64,000 bases of DNA from Eubacteriales bacterium. GTDB lineage: Bacteria > Bacillota > Clostridia > Oscillospirales > CAG-272. Below, piece after piece: positions 48,303-59,120 of this stretch. Numbering within the stretch: the stretch's first letter is position 1; each line of letters opens with the position of its first letter. Under the pieces are notes generated by a model that did no database searches, was not told the DNA's origin, and saw only the letters and a program-made list of their open reading frames with translations. The translations under genes were made by a program, and so were the position numbers. The stretch spans positions 9,443 to 73,442 of the forward strand of contig JAZRFY010000029.1 in the NCBI GenBank assembly GCA_045643885.1. The letters are read 5' to 3'.

Positions 48303-49589
48303 TTAGTCGAAATAATGCTCACACACGTCGTCGAATTCGCGTGTAATCTTTTCAATGTCGATGGTTGTAAATTCACCGTTTTGGTAAAGAATTTCACCGT
48401 CTACCATTGTCATAAGCACGTTTGAAGAATTTGCACTATATGAGAGAGTGCAATAGGTATCAAAGCAGGGCTTATTGTTAATTGCATTAAGGTCTATCAT
48501 TACCAGGTCAGCTCTATATCCGGGGAGCAATTTGCCACAATCGTTTCTACCCTGAGATCTTGCACCGTTTATGGTTGCAAGGTCAAGCATTTGAGGAGCT
48601 CTTGTAGCTTCAGCATCACGATTGTATCCTTTGTGAAGGATTGACGCAAGCTGATACTCTCTCATAATATCAAGTGTATTGTTAGATGCAGCACCGTCAG
48701 TACCGAGTGACACACAAACTCCCTTTTCAAGCATTTTAGGTACACGGGCAACTCCACTGCCAAGCTTAAGATTACTTGTAGCATTATGAGAAACGAAAGC
48801 TCCGTGTTCTCTGATGATATCCATATCACTGTCTGTAACGTATACGCAGTGAGCAAGAGTGGTGGGTGAATCAAGAACGCCTGTATCACGGAAAAATTCA
48901 ATAGGAGTTTTTCCGTATTTCTTTATGCATTCAAGATGCTCGTTTTCACTTTCGGATGCATGAATTTGCATTCTGAGTCCGTTAGCTTTAGTATATTCAG
49001 CAACCTCGCGAATATACGCTTCCTGGTTAGTATATTCTGCGTGAATGGACATATCCATTATCAATTTGCCATTGTTTGCATTATTATACTGTGCTATCCA
49101 TTCAGTAGCCTCTGCAAATCTCCAGTCGCCCTTGATAGTTGCTTTGTCTCCGAATGAAACAAGTGAACGGGAAAGATTTGCCTTTATACCGGTTTCAATA
49201 ACGGCTTTAGCAACTGAATTTTCAAACATATACATATCAGAAAATGACACTATACCGTTTTTAAGCATTTCAGCAATAGCATACTTTGCAGAAATATACA
49301 CGTTATCCGTATTAAGTCTTTCCTCAGCAGGAAAGATCTTTTCAGTTAACCAACGCCAAAGAGGAAGGTCTTCACCATAGCCTCTGAACATAACCATAGC
49401 TGCATGGCAGTGGGAATTATAGAATCCCGGAATAAGAAGATTGCCGTTACCGTTGATTGATTTGTCATATTCAGTGGGCTTATCTCTTCCAACATAGGAA
49501 ATATGTGTGCCGTCAGTTAAAACATATATATGTTCATTTGCGTAGCCATATTCTTCAGGTATTCTAACGTTTTCAAATAAAATCTTCAT
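48303..49589 (-). CDS. Amidohydrolase (MtaD-like deaminase)
   Basis: HxH (NSHCH), SNLKLGSG, GTDGAASNN. Confidence 0.88.
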   Translation of the reverse strand: MKILFENVRIPEEYGYANEHIYVLTDGTHISYVGRDKPTEYDKSINGNGNLLIPGFYNSHCHAAMVMFRGYGEDLPLWRWLTEKIFPAEERLNTDNVYISAKYAIAEMLKNGIVSFSDMYMFENSVAKAVIETGIKANLSRSLVSFGDKATIKGDWRFAEATEWIAQYNNANNGKLIMDMSIHAEYTNQEAYIREVAEYTKANGLRMQIHASESENEHLECIKKYGKTPIEFFRDTGVLDSPTTLAHCVYVTDSDMDIIREHGAFVSHNATSNLKLGSGVARVPKMLEKGVCVSLGTDGAASNNTLDIMREYQLASILHKGYNRDAEATRAPQMLDLATINGARSQGRNDCGKLLPGYRADLVMIDLNAINNKPCFDTYCTLSYSANSSNVLMTMVDGEILYQNGEFTTIDIEKITREFDDVCEHYFD

Positions 49590-49601
49590 TTTACCTCCTT
49601 A

Positions 49602-51086
49602 TTAGTGAGAAGCATAGAAGTTCTTGATTTCCTCAATTGTATTTTCACAAGAGTGATTATCAAGGTATTCGTATGGGTATTTGGGATTGAAGTGTCTTAT
49701 AATCTTAGTTGTAGCAATATTCGCAGGATAGTATTCAACAAGCTTTGTAACTGCACCTGCGCCTACTGCAAGAATGGAGTGTACCTCTTCCATCATATAA
49801 ATATTGTAAAGACCTTCAGTACCTTCAACTGCAAATCCTACGTTTTCGTAGTTGCCAACGGTATTTTTCTGTCTATACATATAATAAGGAAGATATCCGG
49901 CAGCCTGAGCTCGAAGCTGTGAATAGTCAACACATTTGCCAACGTCCCCACCCTTGATTGAGTAGATATTCTGGTTTTGTGTCAGGATATCAGCAGCTTT
50001 TTTAACGCAGAACGTATGTACCGTAATGTTTTCGGGTTCAAGAGCAATAATCTTATCAAATGTTGATGAAAAATGCTTGAAATTATCACCGGGAAGGCCT
50101 GCGATAAGGTCAGTATTGATACATTTGATGCCTGAGTTTTTAGCAATCTCATAAGCACGGTAGAATTCATCTATTGTATGACTTCTGCCTATTGACTTGA
50201 TAACGTTCTCATTAAGAGACTGAGGATTAACGCTGATTCTTGTAATACCGAATTTTTTAGCTACAGCAAGCTTTTCAGCAGTAATGGTATCAGGTCTGCC
50301 ACCCTCAAGTGTAAACTCTTCAAGAGCATTTACGTCAGTCTTCTCGTTAATTATTGAAAGAAGCTTTTCAAGCTGCTCAGGGGAAAGAATTGTAGGAGTT
50401 CCACCACCGATATATATTGTTTTCAAGTTCAGCTTAAGCTCGTTAACTGTATCAAGAACACGATTAAGATCGTCGCAAAGCTTATCGAGATATGCAGGAA
50501 TGAGTGATAAAAGCTTAGGTGTTGTATAAGAAACGAATGAACAATATGAGCATCGAGAGGGACAGAAAGGAATTGAAATGTAAATGCTGCAATCTCTTAT
50601 GTCGGGATTGCCTATAAGCTTTTGCTCTCTTCTGGCTATATCAGTAGCAAGAGCAGCTTTTTTGGGGATCACAAAATAATCATTATTCAATATCTTTCTG
50701 ACCTTAGCCTTACTGTTGCAGTTGAGAAGCATTTCCATTGCAACCTTGGAAGGTCTGACACCTGTAAGCATTCCCCAAGAGGGTCTGTAACCCAAAATTT
50801 CGCTTCCTACGGCTAAAACAACGTTACCTGCAGCTATCTTAGCGCTTCTTTGTTTTGTTCTTTCTGGGATAAATTCTATGGTCTTCTCTGCCTCAGCTGT
50901 TTTACCTTGATAGGTCAATATTGCTTTAGCATGTGAGTACTCGTCATAATTTGTAACTGTAACCTCCATAACGGGGGTATCCTCAGTTATCTCTTGAGTC
51001 TCAACAAATCTTTCACCGGGGAAAAATATCATGCATAGCGTTTGAACGTAAAATGCATTGATATCTCCATTTACCGTTAATTTCAT
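49602..51086 (-). CDS. hemZ: Radical SAM protein HemZ
   Basis: WGMLTGVRP, CPSRCSYC, PYYMYRQK. Confidence 0.92.
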   Translation of the reverse strand: MKLTVNGDINAFYVQTLCMIFFPGERFVETQEITEDTPVMEVTVTNYDEYSHAKAILTYQGKTAEAEKTIEFIPERTKQRSAKIAAGNVVLAVGSEILGYRPSWGMLTGVRPSKVAMEMLLNCNSKAKVRKILNNDYFVIPKKAALATDIARREQKLIGNPDIRDCSIYISIPFCPSRCSYCSFVSYTTPKLLSLIPAYLDKLCDDLNRVLDTVNELKLNLKTIYIGGGTPTILSPEQLEKLLSIINEKTDVNALEEFTLEGGRPDTITAEKLAVAKKFGITRISVNPQSLNENVIKSIGRSHTIDEFYRAYEIAKNSGIKCINTDLIAGLPGDNFKHFSSTFDKIIALEPENITVHTFCVKKAADILTQNQNIYSIKGGDVGKCVDYSQLRAQAAGYLPYYMYRQKNTVGNYENVGFAVEGTEGLYNIYMMEEVHSILAVGAGAVTKLVEYYPANIATTKIIRHFNPKYPYEYLDNHSCENTIEEIKNFYASH

Positions 51087-51096
51087 TAATTGTCTC

Positions 51097-51546
51097 CTAT
51101 TTTAATTGGTTGCTATCCATAACGATAGTTACGGGACCGTCATTTAAGATACTGACCTGCATATCTGCACCAAATTCACCTGTGTCAACATGTCTTATTT
51201 CGTTTCTCATTAATGACACGAAATATTCATAAAGTGAATTTGCATGGTCGGGTGAGCCTGCAGCGAAAAAGTCAGGACGGTTCCCTTTTTTATAATTTGC
51301 AAGCAGTGTAAACTGTGATACTATAAGTGCTTCTCCATCGATATCCTTAATAGAAAGATTCATTTTGTCATTTTCGTCGCAAAATATTCTTAGCTTGGAT
51401 ATTTTCGCAGCAAGCAATCTTGCATCCTCTTCAACGTCATCCTTTGCAACGCCAAGAAGGATCATAAGTCCTTCCTGACATTGACCTTTAAGCTTTCCGC
51501 CTATAGTTACGCTTGCGTTTTTAACTCTTTGTATAACTGCTATCAT
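51097..51546 (-). CDS. dtd: D-aminoacyl-tRNA deacylase
   Basis: QRV, SQFTL, NDGPVT. Confidence 0.96.
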   Translation of the reverse strand: MIAVIQRVKNASVTIGGKLKGQCQEGLMILLGVAKDDVEEDARLLAAKISKLRIFCDENDKMNLSIKDIDGEALIVSQFTLLANYKKGNRPDFFAAGSPDHANSLYEYFVSLMRNEIRHVDTGEFGADMQVSILNDGPVTIVMDSNQLK

Positions 51547-51561
51547 AATTTAACCTGATAA

Positions 51562-53769
51562 TTAATTGATAAATCCACGAGAAACATCGTAAATACCTGG
51601 GATGTTTCTGAGTCTTGAAACGATTGAACTGTAATGTTCGGTGTTCTTACATCCTATCTTGAGCGAAACGAGAGACCCACCTGAAGAGGTCTGAACATTG
51701 ATTTGAAGAATGTCAACTCTCATATCTGCAAGAGCCACGGAGATATCGGCAAGCATACCGATTCTGTCGTCAACGCGAATCTGAAGATTTGCTTCAAACA
51801 AGCTTCTCTTGTCACCGGAATCCTCATCCCATGTTGCGCTAACCCAACGGTCTGCGTTTTCAGGATTATTCTTACCGCTTATTACGTTAGGACAGTCGCA
51901 TTTGTGAATCGAAATGCCGAAGCCCTTTGTAATAAATCCAATAACACTATCACCCGGCAAGGGATTACAGCATTTTGCAAACTTAACGCTACATCCTGTT
52001 TCACCGTCAACAATGATTCCACTATTAGAACGAATCTTTTTGGGTTTAGTTGTTACAATATTTTCTTCTGTGATTACAGGAGCAGGCTCGACAGGAGATA
52101 TAATCTTTCCAATTTCGTCAACAATCTTGTTTCTTACCTTGGAAAGCTGAATTCCACCGTAACCAATTGTATTATAAAGGTCGTCAGCAGAATTAAATCC
52201 GTTTCTGAGAGCAACGTTTTCAACTGCTTCAGTTCTTGTTGCTTCGTTAACAACATATCCCGCCTTCTTAATCTCACCTTCAATCATGGATCGACCGAGA
52301 AGGATGTTGTCGGCTCTCTTTTCTTTCTTGAACCATTGACGGATTCTGTTTTTTGCGTCACTTGTGGTAACGATCTTAAGCCAATCTCGGCTCGGCCCCT
52401 TTGAAGCAGAAGAGGTAAGAATTTCAACAATTTCACCTGTCTGAAGGACTCTGTCAATTGGCACGATCATACCGTTTATCTTGGCGCCAATCATCTTATG
52501 ACCGACTGCACTGTGTATTGCATATGCAAAGTCGATAACCGTTGCACCCTGAGGCAATGCCATAACGTCACCCTTGGGAGTGAATACGAACGTTTCGTCG
52601 TGGAAGATATCGATCTTAAGAGCTTGCAAGAATTCTTCGGGATCTCTTGTTTCGTCCTCGGTTTCAAGGAGCTTGGAAATCCACTCAAGCTTCTTATCGA
52701 TTTCTTCTTTAGATCTTTCACCTGATTTATATTTCCAGTGTGCAGCCACACCGTATTCAGCGATATGATGCATTTCCCAGGTTCTTATCTGCACCTCGAA
52801 AGGAATACCGTATTTTCCAATAACAGTTGTGTGCAAGGAACGGTACATATTGGGCTTGGGAGTTGAAATATAGTCCTTAAATCTACCGGGAACTGAATTG
52901 AACATTTCGTGAATCAAGCCAAGCGCTGTGTAACAGTCAAGCTCGGAATCAACGATGATTCTAAGCGCATAGAAGTCAAAGATTTCATCAAAGCTCTTGT
53001 TTTGGTTGTACATTTTTCTGTATATGCTGTATACGGTTTTAATTCTTCCCTCAAGAGTGAATTTGATGTTGTTTTCTCTGAGCTTGTTGTCTACCATAAG
53101 TCTCACGTCTTCAATGAAGTGAAGGCTTTGTCCGTATTTGCGCTCAATATTGGTGTGAACCTCTTCATAACCGATGGGATCTATATATCTCAAGCCAAGA
53201 TTTTCAAGTTCTTGCTTGATTTTTTGCATACCAAGTCTGTGTGCCAAGGGAGCATAAACCTGCATTGTTTCAAGTGCAGTAATTCTTCTCTTGTTATCGG
53301 GCTTGGCATCAAGAGTTCTCATGTTGTGAAGTCGGTCGCAAAGCTTGATAAAGATAACTCTGACGTCCTTGGACATAGCAAGAAGCATTTTTCTGAGTGT
53401 TTCAATATGTGCTTCTTCTTTATCCTCAACCTTAAGAGTTACTATCTTAGTAAGACCGTCTACAAGCATAGAAACATCTTCACCAAAGAGCTTTTCTATT
53501 TCCTTGAGATTGGTTTTATCAGAGCAATCTTCAACTGTGTCATGGAGCAATGCTGCACAGATTGAATCCGTGTCAAGCTCAAGGCCAGCCACGATTTCAG
53601 CAACTGCGATCGGGTGAGAAATATACTCTTCACCACTTGCACGGAATTGACCTTCATGAAGGATTCGTGCATATTCAAATGCTCTTTCTATTTTTTCAAT
53701 GTCGTATTTTTTGCCCGTTGCTTTAAGCATTGTGACGAGCTTTTCAAGACCTGGGTGTGTAGTGGACAT
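51562..53769 (-). CDS. relA: Bifunctional (p)ppGpp synthetase/hydrolase
   Basis: HD domain, YRSLHT, AAHWKYK, TGS, ACT domains. Confidence 0.96.
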   Translation of the reverse strand: MSTTHPGLEKLVTMLKATGKKYDIEKIERAFEYARILHEGQFRASGEEYISHPIAVAEIVAGLELDTDSICAALLHDTVEDCSDKTNLKEIEKLFGEDVSMLVDGLTKIVTLKVEDKEEAHIETLRKMLLAMSKDVRVIFIKLCDRLHNMRTLDAKPDNKRRITALETMQVYAPLAHRLGMQKIKQELENLGLRYIDPIGYEEVHTNIERKYGQSLHFIEDVRLMVDNKLRENNIKFTLEGRIKTVYSIYRKMYNQNKSFDEIFDFYALRIIVDSELDCYTALGLIHEMFNSVPGRFKDYISTPKPNMYRSLHTTVIGKYGIPFEVQIRTWEMHHIAEYGVAAHWKYKSGERSKEEIDKKLEWISKLLETEDETRDPEEFLQALKIDIFHDETFVFTPKGDVMALPQGATVIDFAYAIHSAVGHKMIGAKINGMIVPIDRVLQTGEIVEILTSSASKGPSRDWLKIVTTSDAKNRIRQWFKKEKRADNILLGRSMIEGEIKKAGYVVNEATRTEAVENVALRNGFNSADDLYNTIGYGGIQLSKVRNKIVDEIGKIISPVEPAPVITEENIVTTKPKKIRSNSGIIVDGETGCSVKFAKCCNPLPGDSVIGFITKGFGISIHKCDCPNVISGKNNPENADRWVSATWDEDSGDKRSLFEANLQIRVDDRIGMLADISVALADMRVDILQINVQTSSGGSLVSLKIGCKNTEHYSSIVSRLRNIPGIYDVSRGFIN

Positions 53770-53779
53770 AAAATCTCCG

Positions 53780-55984
53780 TTAATTCTTAATGCATTGATT
53801 TTTGATTTTTTTGAGTATTGAGGATTTCTCGATACTCGTTTTCTCAGATGTGAAATATATGTCGTATTGATATATACCCGGTGTCAATTCAGAAACGGTA
53901 CATATCTTTAATTCATTCATTATTTCAAGTATAATCTTGAGCTTAGCAAGGCGTATATTGCTTGTTTTGAGAGCTGTGAGCTTTTTGAACATCTCAACCT
54001 CATTCATCATATCATTGCCAAGTCTGAATTCGCGTCTTAGGAGTGAATAAACTGTAACAAAATCTTCTCTTGTGGGGATGATATCGTCGTTAGCAGAAAA
54101 TTCTTGCCCGTTGCGAATGTTTCTGTAAAGTTGGTTTTCATTTTGGAAGTATGAAAGATATTCCTCAGAAAGTCTTATATCCTGAATAATCATTTGCTCA
54201 CTTTCAACGTTATTGAAACGGTTAACGTCTAGAGTAAACATAACGTCAACAAGATCGTTTTCGTGAATATTCAAGTTAAGATATGATTTATGGAACATAA
54301 CTGCATTAACAGTTTTTCCGTTGTGCTCAAAAATAAATTTAGTGTGATTACCACTTCCGATAAGATGAGCTCGTTGTACTCTTAAAGATTTAATAATAAA
54401 GTTAGGAGTTGCATTCATATTGCCAAACGGCTCAAGAAGAGATAATTCTTTTGCGAGCTTGAGGCTAATATCATTAAGTGAAAGCTCCCTGTCAGCTACA
54501 AGATTACAGTAAAGGTCCTTTTCGGTTAAGATGCTGCTTGCATACTCGTTGATGCTCTCTCTGAAAGCGTCAACGTCCTTTCTTCTGAGAGCAAGACCTG
54601 CTGCAAGCTCGTGACCACCAAACTTGATGAGTGTGTCTTTGGAATTTGCAAGGGCATCGACAAGATTGAATCCCTTAACGCTTCTTCCGGAGCCCTTGCC
54701 AACGTCTAAGGGGCTTGGTTCTCCGACTGATGCGCCGTCAAACGAAATGAGGATTGAAGGAAGTCCGTATTTCTCAGTAACCTTTGAAGATACGATTCCA
54801 ACAACGCCCTGAAGCCATTCGTCATCTGCAACAACGATAACCTTTTGCTTGGTCAAATCAAGCTCGTTTTCGATTTTCTTATAAGCCTCTTCGGCTATTT
54901 TATTTTCTTCAAGCTGTCTTTGATAGTTGATTTCGCACAATTCGTGAGCAAGCTTTTTTGCAGCATCAATATCATTTGAAAGTAAAAGCTCAACTGCCTG
55001 AGTTGCACTTGCGATTCTACCTGCGGCATTGATTCTCGGTGCAATTGTAAAGCCGATATACGTTGAATTTATTTTCTTAGGCTTTTCAAATTTTGGCTTT
55101 GTTTCAACAACCTGTCTTACATTGGGATTTGAACCAAGACTTGCAGCTTCCATCAAGGCGTTAAGACCTATTCTATCGCTCTTTTGAAGCATTGATAGAC
55201 CGAATTTAACTATCATTCTATTTTCGTCCACGATGGGCATAACGTCCGCAATAGTTCCAATTGATGCAAGGTCGGCAAAACGGTAGTATATATTGCGTAC
55301 TGCTTCACTTTCCCTTGATCTATCATAGAAGACGAGCGTTTCATAAGCACAAATAACCTTGAAGATTACTCCAACACCTGCAAGAGATTTGAAGGGATAT
55401 TCACAGTCAGGTCTATGGGGATTTACCACGGCAATTGCATCAGGCAATTCATCATGGCATTCGTGGTGGTCGGTAACGACAACGTCAATCCCAAGAGTTG
55501 AGGCATAAGCAATTTCGTCTACGGCAGTAATTCCTGTATCAACAGTTATGATGAGGCTAACGCCATATGTAGAAAGAAGCTTAATGGCATCATTTGAAAG
55601 ACCGTATCCCTCTCCGATTCTGTTGGGGATATAATAGCTTACCTGAGCACCTAGATTTTTCAAATAGAGATACAACATTGTTACGGATGTAACACCGTCA
55701 ACGTCGTAGTCACCGTAAATGACGATCCTCTCGTCGTTATCAAGTGCTTTTTTAATGCGTGCAACCGCTTTCTCAACGTCCTTGAGCAAAAGTGGTGAGT
55801 GAGTAACTAGGTCATCAAAGCTAAGGAATCTTTTAGCATCCTCGGCTGTTTTATAGCCTCTGTTATAAAGCAAGGAGGCACATATTTCAGATATATTATT
55901 TTCTTTCGCAATACTTTTGATGATTGGTCTTAATGCTTCATCATCAGAAAATTTACAAGACCAGATAGTCTTTTTGTTTTTCAT
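53780..55984 (-). CDS. recJ: ssDNA-specific exonuclease
   Basis: GDYDVDG, TDHH, PRINAAGR, GGHELAAG; start at 55984 avoids overlap. Confidence 0.95.
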   Translation of the reverse strand: MKNKKTIWSCKFSDDEALRPIIKSIAKENNISEICASLLYNRGYKTAEDAKRFLSFDDLVTHSPLLLKDVEKAVARIKKALDNDERIVIYGDYDVDGVTSVTMLYLYLKNLGAQVSYYIPNRIGEGYGLSNDAIKLLSTYGVSLIITVDTGITAVDEIAYASTLGIDVVVTDHHECHDELPDAIAVVNPHRPDCEYPFKSLAGVGVIFKVICAYETLVFYDRSRESEAVRNIYYRFADLASIGTIADVMPIVDENRMIVKFGLSMLQKSDRIGLNALMEAASLGSNPNVRQVVETKPKFEKPKKINSTYIGFTIAPRINAAGRIASATQAVELLLSNDIDAAKKLAHELCEINYQRQLEENKIAEEAYKKIENELDLTKQKVIVVADDEWLQGVVGIVSSKVTEKYGLPSILISFDGASVGEPSPLDVGKGSGRSVKGFNLVDALANSKDTLIKFGGHELAAGLALRRKDVDAFRESINEYASSILTEKDLYCNLVADRELSLNDISLKLAKELSLLEPFGNMNATPNFIIKSLRVQRAHLIGSGNHTKFIFEHNGKTVNAVMFHKSYLNLNIHENDLVDVMFTLDVNRFNNVESEQMIIQDIRLSEEYLSYFQNENQLYRNIRNGQEFSANDDIIPTREDFVTVYSLLRREFRLGNDMMNEVEMFKKLTALKTSNIRLAKLKIILEIMNELKICTVSELTPGIYQYDIYFTSEKTSIEKSSILKKIKNQCIKN

Positions 55985-56007
55985 AGTTGCCCCCTTTCTC
56001 TGGATTT

Positions 56008-57597
56008 TTAGTTGGGTTTGTATTTTTTCATAATCTCGATAGCAACCTTTATTCCATCGATTGCCGAGCTCATAATTCCACCTGCATACCCTGCCCCTTC
56101 TCCACACGGATAGATATATCGGCATGTTGGGGAGGTGAGATTTTCGTTTCTTGTTATTCTTATTGGAGCCGAGGTTCTGGTTTCAACTCCTGTAAGGACT
56201 GCATCACGTGTTGCAAATCCTTTGATTCTTTTATCAAAGACAAGAAAGCCTTCTTTAAGTCTTTGTGTTATATATTCGGGCAAAACATTTGAAAGGTTTG
56301 CGACCTTGGTTCTTTTGCCACTTGCATACGTTGGCATAATTCTTGAAGGCGATGAGGAAGCTTTATCTCCAAGAAAATCCCCCATAAGCTGGATGGGTGC
56401 GAAATAATCACCGCCACCTGCTATATATGCTTTTCTTTCAAGCTCCTCCTGGAATTCAATTGCCTTATATGGATTGTTGCCATAGTCTTCTGTGAAAACG
56501 GAAACGTTAACTGCGCAATTTGAATTTACACCATCTCTTGCGTAGTGACTCATGCCGTTAACACATACGCCAAGCTCTTGTGAAGTTGCAGGAACTACCT
56601 CTCCACCGGGGCACATACAAAATGTATACACTCCACGGGGATTGGTTGTATCAGAGAGGTTATATTCTCCTGCACCAAGCTTTGGATGTCCTGCAAAGCT
56701 ACCGTAAAGTGCTGAGTCGATATCCTTTTTGAGATGCTCAACGCGAACACCTACGGAAAATGGCTTGGGTTCGATTATGAGATTTTTGCCGAGAAGCATT
56801 CTATAGGTATCTCTTGCACTGTGACCAAGTGCAAGAACAAGATTTTCGGTTTGGTATTCACCTTTTGTCGTTGTGACCTTGACCTCAGCCTCTGAAATAC
56901 TGATATCATCCATTCGGCAACGGTACAAAACAGTTCCACCAAGCTCTTCAATTCTGGAGAGTATGTTATCTACTACCTTTGTGAGAATGTCAGTACCGAT
57001 GTGTGGCTTAGCTTTAGTTAAAATAGCCTCAGGTGCTCCGAATTCAACAAATCGTGAAAGCACATAATTGCAACGTGCATCGTTGATTCGTGTTGTCAGC
57101 TTTCCGTCTGAAAACGTTCCGGCACCACCTGCTCCAAACTGTACGTTGGAATCAAGATCTAAAACTCCCGTTTCAACAAACTTATTGAGCGCATTGGTTC
57201 TGTCGTGAACATTATCACCGCGATCAATGATGATTGGGTTATATCCGTTTTCAGCAAGTAACAATGCACAAAACATTCCTGCAGGTCCCATGCCCACAAC
57301 AACAGGTCTTGTATCAAGATTTTGTGAACCTGTTTCAAAGCTCATTGTATCATCGTCAAGCAATTTGATTCTTGGTGATGATGGAATTTTAATTGTTTTG
57401 CTTGTTTCTGCTGCTATGGTGTAAACAAGTAAAATGTTTTCCTTATCACGGGCATCAATTGAACGCTTATTGACGGAATATTTAAAATCTTTTGCGTTGA
57501 CACCGGCACTTTTGAGTACTTTTTTAGCTTGGTCGAATGCGATTTGTTCGTCATCGTCCAATCCTATTTTTATGTTGTTTACGAGAAGCTTACTCAT
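56008..57597 (-). CDS. FAD-dependent oxidoreductase (conserved)
   Basis: GMGPAG, GAGTFSDGKL, FCMCPGG, GEGAGYAGGI. Confidence 0.9.
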   Translation of the reverse strand: MSKLLVNNIKIGLDDDEQIAFDQAKKVLKSAGVNAKDFKYSVNKRSIDARDKENILLVYTIAAETSKTIKIPSSPRIKLLDDDTMSFETGSQNLDTRPVVVGMGPAGMFCALLLAENGYNPIIIDRGDNVHDRTNALNKFVETGVLDLDSNVQFGAGGAGTFSDGKLTTRINDARCNYVLSRFVEFGAPEAILTKAKPHIGTDILTKVVDNILSRIEELGGTVLYRCRMDDISISEAEVKVTTTKGEYQTENLVLALGHSARDTYRMLLGKNLIIEPKPFSVGVRVEHLKKDIDSALYGSFAGHPKLGAGEYNLSDTTNPRGVYTFCMCPGGEVVPATSQELGVCVNGMSHYARDGVNSNCAVNVSVFTEDYGNNPYKAIEFQEELERKAYIAGGGDYFAPIQLMGDFLGDKASSSPSRIMPTYASGKRTKVANLSNVLPEYITQRLKEGFLVFDKRIKGFATRDAVLTGVETRTSAPIRITRNENLTSPTCRYIYPCGEGAGYAGGIMSSAIDGIKVAIEIMKKYKPN

Positions 57598-58036
57598 TGC
57601 CGATGATAGTGTTTATCGAGAGCTTCAACTCAATTTCCTTGTGAATGTGGTAGTTTTTGCCGTTAGCAATATCGATCGGAACGTATACGTCGTATTCATC
57701 GAATGATGATCTGTTGATATTGATTGTGATAAATCCGTCATCATCTACTGCAATTGCATCAAGAGCAGACTGTGTGCCGTAGAAAGTGATATAACCGTAT
57801 TTTGGGGATATGTACTCATACGGAGCGCCGTCCACAAGGACATATTCAACGTAATAGCCTTTTTCAACCATTGGGTCATTGGCATAGTTTGCATATGACC
57901 AAATGGCAAAGGAAATTACTACGCAACAAATAAAGAGGAGGATATTGAAGAAAATTTGCTTTTTGGAAGTGGATTCTTCTTGTGAAGTTTGTTCTTCGAA
58001 TTCATTAACCGAAATGTTTTCGTTATTTGCGTTCAT
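57590..58036 (-). CDS. Single-TM protein, possible reduced CdaR
   Basis: One TM ending AIW.Y; directly downstream of cdaA. Confidence 0.5.
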   Translation of the reverse strand: MNANNENISVNEFEEQTSQEESTSKKQIFFNILLFICCVVISFAIWSYANYANDPMVEKGYYVEYVLVDGAPYEYISPKYGYITFYGTQSALDAIAVDDDGFITININRSSFDEYDVYVPIDIANGKNYHIHKEIELKLSINTIIGNE

Positions 58037-58940
58037 TTTCGTCCTCCTTATTTTCGTTGTTTTGCTTTGTATTTGAGATAAATGTTAATGGATTATTATT
58101 CTTAGGATTGGTGGATGGAATCAAGAGTTTTGACAATTCTTTTCTAAGAGTTTTTTCGTTAAGTCCCTGAATCATTTCTCCTTCAACGGCAATTGAAATC
58201 TTTCCTGTTTCCTCTGAAACAACGATTACAACTGAATCACTGATTTCAGATATACCAAGAGCTGCTCTGTGTCTTGTTCCCATGCTTTCATCAAGATCCT
58301 CACTGCTTGAAAGAGGAAGAACACAAGCTGCTGCATAAACTCTGAAGTTTCTTAAAATAACTGCACCGTCATGAAGAGGTGACTTATTAAAGAACAAGTT
58401 CTTCAAAAGCTGTGATGAGAGCTGAGCATTAATAAATGTTCCTGTTCTGATGTATTCACTAAGCTTTGAATCTCTTTCGATGACAATCAACGCACCAGTC
58501 TTTTCATAAGAAAGGTCAACTGCTGTTTTTGTGAGAATTCCAATAGAATTTGCAACATAAGAGGAGCTTTTGTGATCAGTTGAAATATTTTTGATATTGT
58601 TGATGGGAGCATTACCAAGCTTTTCAAGTGCAGCGCGGAGTTCGGGCTGGAACATGATGATGAAGGTTATCATACCTGCCTGATAAAACCATTCGTATAT
58701 GAATGCAGTTCCTCTCAAATTGAAGAATTGGCTAAGAACCATTATACCGCCGAGTATAAGGATACCAAGTGCAAGACGAGCAGCTCGTCTGTTGAAAATA
58801 AATTTGAGCACCAAGAAAAAGCTTATAGACAAAACGATGATGTCTATAATATCATTGATCTTGATCATTTCAAGTCTGTGCAATACTTGAAGATTGAATG
58901 TGTCATAAAATTGAGAAAATAATTTAGTAATCTGCTCCAT
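58023..58940 (-). CDS. cdaA: Diadenylate cyclase
   Basis: Three TM, FQPELR, PLHDGA, GTRHRAA, SEETG. Confidence 0.94.
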   Translation of the reverse strand: MEQITKLFSQFYDTFNLQVLHRLEMIKINDIIDIIVLSISFFLVLKFIFNRRAARLALGILILGGIMVLSQFFNLRGTAFIYEWFYQAGMITFIIMFQPELRAALEKLGNAPINNIKNISTDHKSSSYVANSIGILTKTAVDLSYEKTGALIVIERDSKLSEYIRTGTFINAQLSSQLLKNLFFNKSPLHDGAVILRNFRVYAAACVLPLSSSEDLDESMGTRHRAALGISEISDSVVIVVSEETGKISIAVEGEMIQGLNEKTLRKELSKLLIPSTNPKNNNPLTFISNTKQNNENKEDENERK

Positions 58941-59120
58941 ATTCCCACTCCTTTATGTAAAATTTACATATATTTAAAGAAAAATAGTCTTATTCAATAT
59001 AGTATAACATATATATTTACAAATTACAAACATTTTTTCATAAAAAATCAAAAAAAATTCAAAAAATAACTCCGCAAGCACATCGTACTTGCGGAGTAAA
59101 TATTTTTATTGAAATTTTGA

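Noticed and set aside
55985..56125. 5' extension of recJ
   Set aside because: Overlaps the upstream oxidoreductase; ATG 55984 has an RBS
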